Assembly (NCBI GenBank): GCA_050115495.1
Contig: JASFQK010000013.1
Span: forward strand, 84,844 to 148,843
DNA from: Phycisphaerae bacterium
Lineage (GTDB): Bacteria; Planctomycetota; Phycisphaerae; UBA1845; Fen-1342
Length of the DNA stretch: 64,000 nt
Direction: 5' to 3'
Shown in pieces: positions 52,501-61,676 of the stretch. Position 1 is the first letter of the stretch; each line of letters begins with the position of its first letter. The notes beneath the pieces were generated by a model. It worked only from the letters and a program-made list of their open reading frames with translations. It was not told the origin of the DNA and did not search any database. Both the position numbers and the translations under genes were made by a program.

Positions 52501-54204
52501 ACCGGACCGGGTAACCGCAACGCCGACGTGCACCAGAAAGCCATCACGGTGCGCAGCACTGATCCGGCGAATCCGGCGGTGGTCGCTGGCACCGTCATCG
52601 ACTGCCAGGGCGTGAGCCGGGCTTTCTTCTTCCATCGCAGCGAAGGCCCGGAGAGCGCTCTTTCCGGGCTGACTATCATGAACGGCTACGCTGAAACCGG
52701 AGGTGGCGTCTATTGCTACTGCAGCAGCCCTGCCATAAGCAACTGCGTCATCACAGCAAACACGGCCCTCGAAGATGGCGGTGGCGTGTCCTGCTTCCGC
52801 AGCTACGTCCATCTGACCAACTGCACAATCGCCGAGAACACCGTCGAGAATGGCGATGGCGGTGGCATCTACTGCGGGTATAGCGACCCGGCGCTGACCT
52901 CCTGCGTGATCGTGGACAACGCCACCACCGTCCTGTACGGCGACGGTGGCGGTCTATGCTGTGACAACAGCAGCCCGACTCTTACGGACTGCATGTTCTC
53001 TGGAAACACCGCCTTCAGCAACGGCGGAGGCCTTGCCTGCCGCGACGCGAGCCAAGCGACGTTCTTCGCCTGCACGGTCTCCGAAAACTCAGCCGGCCAC
53101 AACGGCGCTGGTGTACACATCCAGGATAGCAGTCCGACGCTGACCAACTGCGCGATTGTTGGAAACGGCCCCGCCGAAAACGCCGGCGGCGTATACTGTT
53201 CTGGAGCCGCCAGTGAGCCCCTGTTGATTGGCTGCAGGATTTCGGGCAACACAGCCGTTGATAGTGGCGGCGGCTTCTGCGGCTACCGCGCGGCGTTGAG
53301 TGGTTGTTCGATCACTTTGAACCGAGCCGCCTACGGAGGCGGTGTTCACGGCAACGACACAGTACTGACCGACTGCCTGATTGCCGAGAACACGGCAACG
53401 GCGGACGGAGGTGGCGCTTACTGGAGCTCGTACGGCAGCCCGACCTTAACCAGGTGTTCTATCGTGCAGAATGCGGCCGACGATGATGGTGGTGGAGTCC
53501 GCTGCGACTATCACAACAGCCCGACCATGATTGACTGCATCATCGGGCGCAATACAGCTGGCGACGGCGGCGGCATCCACTGCAGTCGCAATATCAGCAT
53601 GACGTTGGCTAGTTGCACCGTCAGTAACAACTCGGCCGTCCAAGGACCCGCACTGGCGTGCGATTCCGCTTCCCATTTGGACTGCAGCAGCGTCGCCGTC
53701 GTCAACTGCATCCTGTCGAATGACGGCCAACCCATCTGGAACAACGACGGGTCGAGCATCAACATCACCTACAGCGACGTCACCGGCGGTTGGGAGGGCC
53801 TCGGCAACATCGACGAAGACCCGCTCTTCGTCGATCCTGAAAACGGCGATTTCCACCTCACCGCCGAGTCACCGTGCATCGACGCCGGCGATCCGGCGTT
53901 TGTGCCGGCGGCGGGCGAAACCGACATCAACGGGCAATATCGCCTGTGGGACGGCGACGGAAACGGGAGCGTTATCGTCGACATGGGCGCCGACGAGTTC
54001 GGTGCCCCCGTGCTCGGCGACATGAACTGCGACGGACTCGTGAACAACTTCGATATCCGAGCCTTTGTCCTGGCCATCACGAACCCCGACGCGTACGCCG
54101 CACAGTATCCCAACTGCAACATCATGCTCGCCGACCTCAACGGCGACGGACTGGCGAACAACTTCGACATCCGCCCGTTCCTGCAACTTCTGACCGGCGA
54201 CTAG
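49348..54204 (+). CDS. Secreted right-handed parallel beta-helix (Pmp-like) protein, three tandem modules plus a dockerin-like tag
   Basis: Signal peptide; three ATIQ.AIDA starts; many GGG.YC..../L.NC.I..N repeats; GDMNCDGLVNNFDI tail. Confidence 0.9.
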   Translation: MQKVLNCGILAAIAVCCSILPAAWAEELHVPAEYATIQSAIDAAQPGDEVVIAPGTYTGPGNKDLDFGGKAITVRSADPGNPQVVATTIIDCESSGRGFYFHNEEGPDSVVAGLTITHGSPPDNGGGGGVYTAQCGPTLAHCTITENTAEWGGGGVYCYWPPGPALIDCTITLNTSARWGGGVYLTHCHASLTNCTIERNQSASSGGGVYCVSGSPALTNCTIMQNAATTGAIGSADGGGIYCYDTDAVLTNCIIARNTVAGEGGGVYCELGSPALRNCTVSQNTGAGEGGGVFCDESSAVLTNCVVWWNNREAIYVSAGDDPVVTFSAIEGGWPGEGNIAADPLLTPNGHLRAGSPCRDLGDPNGDYSDQTDIDAEPRVLDDRVDIGADEWLDSDADGLPDWWEMDIFGDPLAGDPLGNEDGDTRNNLEEYSNGTNPFLAPRQFHVDPAGDDTWDGLAPEWDGQHGPKATIQAAIDACDRMEGDEVVIAQGVYTGERNRNLDFFGKSIVVRSTDPCDPAVVSATVIDCEGSGRGFHLHLSEGPDSEVAGLTIMNGSASRGGGIACHASNTTLTNCIITQNTATASGEGGGGINCDGGAPAITGCTITQNTAASEGGGAQFLHCRPTLINCLMDGNASGHGGGVSCGRDARPTLVDCRLTGNTATSLHGGGVYCEYTSHPTLIRCIISGNAAQYGGGLSSQQGSATLTDCKIAQNTAADNGGGIVAEQSELVLTECTIAENTASQRGAGMYCAHEPCPTLIDCTISENATDGWGGGIHCIDGSPALIRCSFLGNTATQCGGGLSCDDSNPTLTSCAFLRNWAGSGGGALSGGSPALVNCTLSQNASRRGAGIYGGSPTLTSCIVWGNTSEAIYLTGSDQPVVTYSDIEGGWTGVGNIDADPLLTPDGHLHVDSPCYNTGDPTADDADQADIDGEPRVLDGCVDMGVDEWLDTDGDGLPDWWETRFFDDPLAADPLGDEDGDDRDNLTEYANGTNPLLPPQLLHVSVTGDDDWDGLAPEWDGEHGPKATIQAAIDACHPYEGDEVVLAEGVFTGPGNRNADVHQKAITVRSTDPANPAVVAGTVIDCQGVSRAFFFHRSEGPESALSGLTIMNGYAETGGGVYCYCSSPAISNCVITANTALEDGGGVSCFRSYVHLTNCTIAENTVENGDGGGIYCGYSDPALTSCVIVDNATTVLYGDGGGLCCDNSSPTLTDCMFSGNTAFSNGGGLACRDASQATFFACTVSENSAGHNGAGVHIQDSSPTLTNCAIVGNGPAENAGGVYCSGAASEPLLIGCRISGNTAVDSGGGFCGYRAALSGCSITLNRAAYGGGVHGNDTVLTDCLIAENTATADGGGAYWSSYGSPTLTRCSIVQNAADDDGGGVRCDYHNSPTMIDCIIGRNTAGDGGGIHCSRNISMTLASCTVSNNSAVQGPALACDSASHLDCSSVAVVNCILSNDGQPIWNNDGSSINITYSDVTGGWEGLGNIDEDPLFVDPENGDFHLTAESPCIDAGDPAFVPAAGETDINGQYRLWDGDGNGSVIVDMGADEFGAPVLGDMNCDGLVNNFDIRAFVLAITNPDAYAAQYPNCNIMLADLNGDGLANNFDIRPFLQLLTGD

Positions 54205-54481
54205 CGAACGGCAGCAGCACGACCCGTTCGCATCTCGGCGGGCCGGCGACCGTTCTCAGACGGCCGCCGGCCCGCTGGCATTACCGCTACCGACGTCCGG
54301 ACGCGCCCGCCGGTGCACTCCGGCGCCCACGCGCGGGCTCTGCCGCAGATTCGGCGTTGTCGTCGCGCGGCAGTCGGCGGTACAATGCGGCACATGAGCG
54401 GGGCGACAATGGAGGTCGCCCCATCTGTCGGGCCAGGGGCGGGGCACACCACCGCTCCTGGTGGCGTCCGCCGACAAACGC

Positions 54482-54777
54482 AACGTCGGCGGTGAGGGTG
54501 CGGGACATTGGGGATTCAACCCATCAGAAACCTCTGCGGCCAGGGCGGTCCTCTGCTCCTTTGCCCCTCTGTTCCTCTGATCCTTCTTCACCAAGGGGAG
54601 TGACATGCAAAAAGTGCTGAACTGCGGGATTCTGGCAGCGATTGCCGTCTGTTGTTCGATTCTGCCGGCGGCGTGGGCCGAGGAACTGCACGTGCCGGCC
54701 GAGTACGCCACGATCCAGTCGGCGATCGACGCCGCCCAACCCGGCGACGAAGTCGTGATCGCTCCCGGAACGTACAC
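54482..54777 (+). repeat. Near-identical duplicated leader and 5' CDS, copy 2
   Basis: Matches 49225-49520. Confidence 0.9.
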
Positions 54778-56305
54778 CGGCGCCGGCAACAAGAACCTCG
54801 ACTTCTGGGGCAAGGCCATCACGGTCCGCAGTACGGATCCCGAGGATCCCGCCGTCGTAGCGGCGACTGTGATCGACTGCGAGGACAGCGGCATCGGCTT
54901 CTGGTTCGTCAGTGGCGAAGGACCGGACAGCGTGCTGGCCGGCCTGAAGATCACGAATGGCCACGGCGACGCCGGCGGAGCGGTGGCCTGCTACGAGAGC
55001 AGCCCCACGTTCATCAACTGCGTGTTCTGGTTGAACGTTGCGATTGAGGGCGGTGGTTTGTTCTGTTACTACGCCAGCCCGACGCTGATTGGCTGCACGA
55101 TCGCCGGGAACGAATGCCATCACGCTACCGGCTACGCAAACGGCGGCGGCGTGGCATGCTATTGGGACTGCGACCTCGTCCTGACCAACTGCAACGTCTA
55201 CTGCAACGGTGTCAGCGGTGCGTACGCCCAGGGTGGCGGATTCTACGCCGTCGGGAGGGGTAGTCTGGCGCTCACGGACTGTATCATTTCCTGCAACACG
55301 GCCAGTGCAACCGAGTTTGCCAGCGGCGGCGGGTTGCGATGCGACACGCAACACAACTTGGTGCTCACCAACTGCGCCGTCGACGCCAATCTCGCCTATT
55401 CTTCTCAGGGTGCCGAAGGCGGCGGCCTTTTCGCCATCCGTGCCAGCGCGACCCTGATCAACTGCAGAATCGACTCGAACGCGGTGTCGGCGCCCAACGG
55501 ACACGGCGGCGGTGTGTGCGCAGAGGAGCGCGGCAGCATAGCGCTTGCCAACTGCACCATTACCGAGAACAACGCGACCACGTACGGTGGTGGCGTCTAT
55601 TGCTTCCTTCTGGCGGACGTGACAATGGCGAGCTGTTCGGTCACGGGCAACGTGGTAGGCGACTTCGGCGGCAGCGTCTGCTGTCGGCATGCCACCAGCC
55701 TGACTGCGACCGCGTGCACGATCAGCGGTGACTTGGTCACACGGGGACTGTGGCTGGCATGCTATTCGGGCTCTGACCGCGCACCGAGCACGGTCTCCAT
55801 AGCCAACTGCATCCTCTGGAACGACGGCGACGCCATCCTGAGGTACGACGACTCCGCGATCAACATCAGGCACAGCAACATCAGCGGCGGCTGGACCGGT
55901 GTCGGCAACATCAACGAGGACCCGCTCTTCGTCGATCCCGAAAACGGTGACTTCCACCTGACCGGCGACTCACCGTGTATCGACGCCGGCGACCCGGCCT
56001 TCGTGCCCGAGCCGAGTGCCCGGGACATGGATGGCGAGTATCGCCTGTGGGATGGCGACGGGGACGGGACCGCCATGATCGACATGGGCGCGGATGAGTT
56101 CGGCTCGCACGTGTTTGGCGATCTGAACTGCGACGGGCAGGTCGACAACTTCGACATCAGCCCGTTCATCCTCGCTCTGACCAACCCGCAGGGCTACGCG
56201 GCAACGTACCCGGGCTGCAGCCGCGAGTTGGCCGACATCAACAGCGACGGCTCGGTGGACAACTTCGACATCCGCCCGTTCCTGCAACTCCTGACCGGCG
56301 ACTAG
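54605..56305 (+). CDS. Secreted parallel beta-helix protein (single module) with a dockerin-like tag; paralogue of 49348..54204
   Basis: First ~58 aa identical to the upstream gene; beta-helix repeats; GDLNCDGQVDNFDI tail. Confidence 0.9.
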   Translation: MQKVLNCGILAAIAVCCSILPAAWAEELHVPAEYATIQSAIDAAQPGDEVVIAPGTYTGAGNKNLDFWGKAITVRSTDPEDPAVVAATVIDCEDSGIGFWFVSGEGPDSVLAGLKITNGHGDAGGAVACYESSPTFINCVFWLNVAIEGGGLFCYYASPTLIGCTIAGNECHHATGYANGGGVACYWDCDLVLTNCNVYCNGVSGAYAQGGGFYAVGRGSLALTDCIISCNTASATEFASGGGLRCDTQHNLVLTNCAVDANLAYSSQGAEGGGLFAIRASATLINCRIDSNAVSAPNGHGGGVCAEERGSIALANCTITENNATTYGGGVYCFLLADVTMASCSVTGNVVGDFGGSVCCRHATSLTATACTISGDLVTRGLWLACYSGSDRAPSTVSIANCILWNDGDAILRYDDSAINIRHSNISGGWTGVGNINEDPLFVDPENGDFHLTGDSPCIDAGDPAFVPEPSARDMDGEYRLWDGDGDGTAMIDMGADEFGSHVFGDLNCDGQVDNFDISPFILALTNPQGYAATYPGCSRELADINSDGSVDNFDIRPFLQLLTGD

Positions 56306-56404
56306 CGAACGGCAGCAGCACTACCCGTTCGCATCTCGGCGGGCCGGCGGCCGCCCCCACGCAACCGCCGGCCCGCTTGCGTTTCGTCGCCGACAACCGC
56401 GCGC

Positions 56405-56457
56405 AAAAAAAAAAAAACCGGCCGTCTGCGTCCTGAATAATCCGGAACGCAGACGGC
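56405..56457 (-). terminator. Intrinsic terminator on the minus strand
   Basis: 11-bp stem GCCGTCTGCGT/ACGCAGACGGC followed on the minus strand by CGG and T13. Confidence 0.7.
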
Positions 56458-56867
56458 GGCCTTCGCGAGCAACAGGGAGTGTTTTTGATCCCGCCCAGAA
56501 TCGGACAGGGTTGATCTTGTGTTCGCTGAGTGTTGTATCGGCCAGCCGGAGTCGCCGACATTAAACCTGGACCTGATTTATCCATCTTTTTCTGTGAAAC
56601 GAATCCGACCGTACCTGCCCGCTTTTGGCTCAAGAAAGGCGGCATCACGTAAGTCGCTACGTAACATCCACTTATCGATTGCTGTCGGCGATTCAGCCGG
56701 ATGTCCCCCGCCTGTCCGCCCCTCACCGGCGGCATAGCGCAAGACTCTGCGCACGATTTTTCGGGCACGGGCGATAAGCAGCATCCAACGGGCCCAAAAT
56801 GTCCGTCATTCGTGCGACGTCGATGGATTTGATGACGTCGACGGCCCTCGCGACCGCAGCACGATCG

Positions 56868-59774
56868 TCACGGACGCACGACGATGAGATTACCGAGTGC
56901 GCGTGGCGAATAGCATACGCCATGAGCGCCGGACCACGACGAATATTCACCTCGCCGGGCATCCAGCCGCGTCACGTTCGCTCCCCAGACACGGTTCGTC
57001 AGCGCGTCCGGACCCAGGCTCGTCAGGGGTACCGCCAGTTCGATGATCCACACATCGCCCTGGATCGCCGCCGCGACCGCCGCACCGCTGTTCCACACCG
57101 TCGACGCACCCACCGGCGGATCCGTCGGATAACCCCGCCGCGCCACGACCACGCCCGACGGCTTGATCTGCAAAACATACAGATCGGTCGGCGTACCTTC
57201 CGTCGTCGGCCGCGGATCGAGCAGCAGCTCTACGACATCCTGCCCCCACGGCACAGCGCCTTCCATCGGCACGCGGTTCTCCGCCCGCCACAACGGCGGC
57301 TCGCCGGAGCGCAGCCGGCACCGCACGGCAACGTACAGCCGCTCGCGATCCAGGGCGAAGAAGGCCTGCGTCGGCAGCGTTGGTCGGTCCGCAAGATCGG
57401 GCGGAGCGTCGGTCCGCAGCCCGCGCACCAGCACGAAATCGCCGGCAATGTTGCTCGCCGCCATTGGCCAGTCGGACAGGTCCCCGTCGATCCGCACCGG
57501 CTGCCTGAGGTTCAGGCACGCCGCTACCGCCAGCCGCGTCGTCACCGCGAACGCCCCCAGCGTCCTCGTGTCGAACCGCAACTGGAACGGATACGCCCCG
57601 GCGGTGTTGTACGCCAGTCCGGATAGATCGATCTCGATCGGCGTGACTCGCTGCGTCCCCGCCCGCAACGTGATCGGCGCCACGGTCGGCGTCGTCCAGC
57701 CCACCGGCGGCGCGGGCAACACCCAGCTTCCGGTCAGGTCGGCGTTGGTCAGGTTCAGCACGTTGCAGTAGGCCCGCGCCTGAAAGTGGTCGCCAGTCGT
57801 TTGCAGACGGACGCCCTCGACCGCCGCCCGCACGCGCGTGGCCGCGTTCATCAGCGTGCCCCACGCCGTCTCGTCCATGATCTGCGCCCGATCATCGCCC
57901 GGCGCGGGATCAAACGCGATGGCCAGCTCACGCAGGGCGAGCCGCCGGGCCAGCGCCAACAGCCGCGCCTCGCGTGGCCAGCCGGTCGGCTTGCAGCTCA
58001 ACAGATGATCGAGGCACGCATCGGTGCCAGCCCAGCGCACGACCTGCTGCGCCAACCGCTCCGCCGCCAGCTTCTGCCCGCGCCGCGCCAACAGCGTCAG
58101 CAGCGCATGATCCTGAAGCCCCCGGCGCAACCGCTTCAGCCGCAGCGATGGTACCGGCCGATCATTCAGCCCGTACGGACTGCCCGGGTAAATCAGGCAC
58201 TCGCTCGCCGGCGACAGCACCGGCGGCCATCCCGCGTCCACGCTCCCGAACTCCGCCGCGTGCTCGATCCACAACGCATCCACGCCGTAACGATACGCCT
58301 GCCACGGCAGAATCTGGGCATCGGTGGACAACCCCGCCGGCGACAACGTCCCGCTGTACGGCGGATACGTCGGCATGAGCCACGCCCGCCGGCCGAGCGT
58401 CTGCTCGCGAGCCAGCGCCGCCGGCTCGAACCACTCCGCAGGCGGAGCCCAGATACCGACGTCCGGCACATCGATCAGCGGCGCGTTCTGCCAGCCTAGG
58501 CCGCGCAGTGATTCCGGCGGCAGGTGCGCCACCAACGGCAGGTTCGTCTCGCTTTGCCGCACGATCCCACCCACGCGACGCACGTGAGCCACCGCTTCCG
58601 GCGTGAGTGACTCCGGCGGGTTCAGCCGCACGAACGCCCGGTCGAGCCAGCCGCGCTCCGCGAAATGCCGGCGACATTCGGCGAGATACGCCGCCAACAG
58701 CCGCGCATACGCCGGAGAATCCAGCCCGCCTTCCTGCTCGGTGCCCGGATGTTCCCGCGACGCCGGAATGGGCCAGCGAGCCAGGCCAACCTGGTCGGCG
58801 AACGCCTCACCCGTCAGCCAGCCCTCGACCAATTCGTCGTACGGCTGCCAGTCGATCTCGACCCGCCGCCCGCCCGTCGGCCGGTACTTCGGAAAGCACG
58901 CCCACAGCACCGGGTTCGTCCCATGCTCGTGCAGCAGGCTCATCGTCTCATTGAGGAGTCGGCGGGCCGCTTCGTGCGCCGGCGAATCGGGCAGCACGCG
59001 GATGTCCTCCGCCGTCTCGCGCGGCCAGCCCAGGTGTGCTGCGAACAGATCCCCCGGATCTACCCGACAGATCACCGGCAGACTCGGCGCGCTCGGCAGC
59101 GCCACCGGCAGCACGCACAGCCGCACGGCACACGCAAACGCCGGCGGCGGCGCAGCCGCCCACGGATTCAACTGCTCCGCCGCCACCGGCCGCACGATGA
59201 GCTGCCCCGTGTAAACGCCGGGATCCGTCGTCGGCGGAATGCGCACATCGATCCAGACGAACTCGTTGGCCGGTCCGGTCAGGCGCAGCGGCCCGCCGCC
59301 ACGCGGCGCCGACCACGGCACGAGAATGTCCGGCAGGGCGGTAGGGGTGGCCGGCCGGCCGACGTGCTCCGGATACCAACTGCCGAACCGCTCCATGCGG
59401 ACGGATTGAATGCGGAACCGCGAAACGCATGTCGCCGCCGACAGCATTCCCCTCGGACCGGCGAGATCCGTGAGTTCGATCTCGAACGGACCAGCGGGCG
59501 GCGCATCGGTGTGCAGCGCAACCTGGAACCCCACCGTTTCATTGATCGCCGCATCGAGCGTGATCTCGCCGCGACTGGCGGAGAAGACCTCGCTCTCCAG
59601 CGCCGGCAGCGTGTCGGCAGCGAGCGGCTCTTCACCGCGCACCGCCCAGACGGTCAGCGGCCGGCGGACCGGGGGCAGGCAGCCCGCGGCCGCAAGCAGC
59701 ACCATCGCCGCCAGCACGACGAACCACCGCCGCGCCACCCGGTCGGCCGGGACTACAAGCGCGGCTCGGGCCAT
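56868..59774 (-). CDS. Lipoprotein with a DUF4091-like region and a C-terminal CBM9/DOMON-like domain
   Basis: Lipobox AAAGC; LIYPG...PVPSLRLKRLRRGLQD; IDGDLSDW...WIIELAVP...WGANVTR. Confidence 0.8.
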   Translation of the reverse strand: MARAALVVPADRVARRWFVVLAAMVLLAAAGCLPPVRRPLTVWAVRGEEPLAADTLPALESEVFSASRGEITLDAAINETVGFQVALHTDAPPAGPFEIELTDLAGPRGMLSAATCVSRFRIQSVRMERFGSWYPEHVGRPATPTALPDILVPWSAPRGGGPLRLTGPANEFVWIDVRIPPTTDPGVYTGQLIVRPVAAEQLNPWAAAPPPAFACAVRLCVLPVALPSAPSLPVICRVDPGDLFAAHLGWPRETAEDIRVLPDSPAHEAARRLLNETMSLLHEHGTNPVLWACFPKYRPTGGRRVEIDWQPYDELVEGWLTGEAFADQVGLARWPIPASREHPGTEQEGGLDSPAYARLLAAYLAECRRHFAERGWLDRAFVRLNPPESLTPEAVAHVRRVGGIVRQSETNLPLVAHLPPESLRGLGWQNAPLIDVPDVGIWAPPAEWFEPAALAREQTLGRRAWLMPTYPPYSGTLSPAGLSTDAQILPWQAYRYGVDALWIEHAAEFGSVDAGWPPVLSPASECLIYPGSPYGLNDRPVPSLRLKRLRRGLQDHALLTLLARRGQKLAAERLAQQVVRWAGTDACLDHLLSCKPTGWPREARLLALARRLALRELAIAFDPAPGDDRAQIMDETAWGTLMNAATRVRAAVEGVRLQTTGDHFQARAYCNVLNLTNADLTGSWVLPAPPVGWTTPTVAPITLRAGTQRVTPIEIDLSGLAYNTAGAYPFQLRFDTRTLGAFAVTTRLAVAACLNLRQPVRIDGDLSDWPMAASNIAGDFVLVRGLRTDAPPDLADRPTLPTQAFFALDRERLYVAVRCRLRSGEPPLWRAENRVPMEGAVPWGQDVVELLLDPRPTTEGTPTDLYVLQIKPSGVVVARRGYPTDPPVGASTVWNSGAAVAAAIQGDVWIIELAVPLTSLGPDALTNRVWGANVTRLDARRGEYSSWSGAHGVCYSPRALGNLIVVRP

Positions 59775-60790
59775 TGCTGGACCTCGTAGAGCTTCTTCGG
59801 CGATTCCGGCTGACCCGTGCGGGCGGACAGGTAGATCGCTTGCAGGCAGGCCGTCACGGCCGTGTGGCGTTCGATGTTGCGCTCCTGGCTCTCGGGCGCG
59901 TGCCCTTCGCGGACGTCGGCGACGAAACGCTGCAAGTCTTCGCCGAGGAAGCCGTTCGGGTCGAACGTCCGCTCGTCCAGCAACTCGCCCTCACTGCCGT
60001 GGATGGAAACGCGTTGCGGTTCGAGGACGACGCTGCACTGTGCGCCATGGTGCGCGCAGCTCAACCCGAACGGATGAACGTCCCACGTGGCCAGCAGCGA
60101 CGCCGCCCCGCCGCCCTCGTAATCCAGGATCGCGGTAACGGCCCCCTCCGTCTCGCGCGGCGCCTGGTCCGGTCGCCGGCGAACCTGGAGCGCCGCCCCC
60201 CGCACCGTGTCCGGCAGCTTGCGCACGGCCACGAGCGCTTCGAGCATGAAATACGCATCCGTCGCCAGCACCCCACCCGGCGCATCGACCTGGCTCGACC
60301 GCCACGAATCAAGCCCCGGACCGGCGACGGCGACCTGCAAGTTAGTCAGTAGCGGCTTGAACCCCTCCCGCCAGCGCAGCCCCCAGCGCACATGCTCGCC
60401 GATCGCCTCCCACCACGACGCCACGCGATACGGCGTCTTGCGTTCGCGCACCCGCCCGGCCAGCTCCGTCGCCTCGGCGAAGTTGCGGGCCAGTGGCGGC
60501 AATCGCCAGATGGGCAGCTTCCGATCCGCCGCCAGCGCGTCCAGTTCGAACGCCGCCCGCGGCGAGATCGCCAGCAGCAGCGCCTCGACCCCGCTGCGCG
60601 AAATCATGACGCGGGCATCGTCGAACCACTCGGCGTCGGGCAGAGCTGCCGGCTGGCGCATGCCGCTTTGAGCGACGATCTCGACCGGCGCGGACGCCAG
60701 GGCCGGACCGAGGCGCGCCACACCCTCGGCGTCAGCGATGAGGCCGACGCGGAGCGAGTCAGATTGCCGGACGTTGTCGGGTTGGTCCAT
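59753..60790 (-). CDS. Gfo/Idh/MocA-like oxidoreductase, divergent
   Basis: Overall layout (VGLI, VEALLLA, PLARNFAEA, GGVL, AIYLSARTG) fits the family, but the canonical motifs are altered. Confidence 0.7.
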   Translation of the reverse strand: MDQPDNVRQSDSLRVGLIADAEGVARLGPALASAPVEIVAQSGMRQPAALPDAEWFDDARVMISRSGVEALLLAISPRAAFELDALAADRKLPIWRLPPLARNFAEATELAGRVRERKTPYRVASWWEAIGEHVRWGLRWREGFKPLLTNLQVAVAGPGLDSWRSSQVDAPGGVLATDAYFMLEALVAVRKLPDTVRGAALQVRRRPDQAPRETEGAVTAILDYEGGGAASLLATWDVHPFGLSCAHHGAQCSVVLEPQRVSIHGSEGELLDERTFDPNGFLGEDLQRFVADVREGHAPESQERNIERHTAVTACLQAIYLSARTGQPESPKKLYEVQQWPEPRL

Positions 60791-60840
60791 CGGCTATAAT
60801 CACGGCCGTTTCACGTGGAGCTGCCTTCGCGGGACGCACC

Positions 60841-61626
60841 ATGCGTTTGTTGCTGACAACCACCGTTCTGGGGGCACTGGTTGCCCAAGCGGGCATTTTG
60901 CCCTCGGGCGACCCTTCCCGCCAGCCTGCACCCGGTTTCTCTCTGCCGGCACCGCCCGCCGACCCGCCCGGCGACGACTACGAACAGATGCTGCGCGAGG
61001 GCTTCGAGCTCATCGACGACGGGGAGCGGCAATCCGCTATTCGGGCTCTGCAACGCGCCGTACTGGGAGCCCCGGACGACACGCTCGCCGTCCTCGACCG
61101 GCAGTGCCAGGCGGCCCGCGGCAAGCCGCTGCCGGCGTTGCTCGCCGAATTGCGCATTCTGGAAGCCCTCGACGCCCGCAGCTTCTGGATCAAGTATGCT
61201 ACGCCGTACGAGCGTGAGGCGTTGGGCCGGCAGCTCGAGGAGCGGAGCGAGGCGCTATTGGCCGTGGAATATCAGGGGCGCAGCATCCGCGCCTGGTCGG
61301 CCGAGCCGGAGGCGTACGAGACGCTCTGCTCCGACGCCCGCCAGATGGTCGCCACGGCGCGCCAGGTCGCGGGCATGATCGGCGTACGCCTGCGGCTCGA
61401 TCCGCGGCTGAAGGACAATCGCGAGGAGCGGAAGCGGCTGCTCGATCTGCGCGAGAGCGTGGGCAAGTTCGTCGGGCGTGTCATTATCATGCCCGGCTAT
61501 ACTGAACCGCTCTCGGGCGAGCCGGACGACCCGGGCGCCGAGGCCGCCCGGCACCTCGACGAGAGCAAGGCGCCCACGAGCCGGCCGGCCAAAACCGAGC
61601 AGAAGCCGCCAGCCGGCGAGCCCTGA
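60841..61626 (+). CDS. Hypothetical secreted helical protein
   Basis: 261-aa ORF with a signal-like N-terminus and genome-like codon usage, upstream of purC. Confidence 0.7.
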   Translation: MRLLLTTTVLGALVAQAGILPSGDPSRQPAPGFSLPAPPADPPGDDYEQMLREGFELIDDGERQSAIRALQRAVLGAPDDTLAVLDRQCQAARGKPLPALLAELRILEALDARSFWIKYATPYEREALGRQLEERSEALLAVEYQGRSIRAWSAEPEAYETLCSDARQMVATARQVAGMIGVRLRLDPRLKDNREERKRLLDLRESVGKFVGRVIIMPGYTEPLSGEPDDPGAEAARHLDESKAPTSRPAKTEQKPPAGEP

Positions 61627-61676
61627 CCACCGTGGACAACATTCGGCGAAGAACATAACGCACAGCGGAGCTGGCG

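Noticed and set aside
49225..56305. Diversity-generating retroelement
   Set aside because: No reverse transcriptase is present and I saw no adenine-specific mismatch pattern between the repeats.
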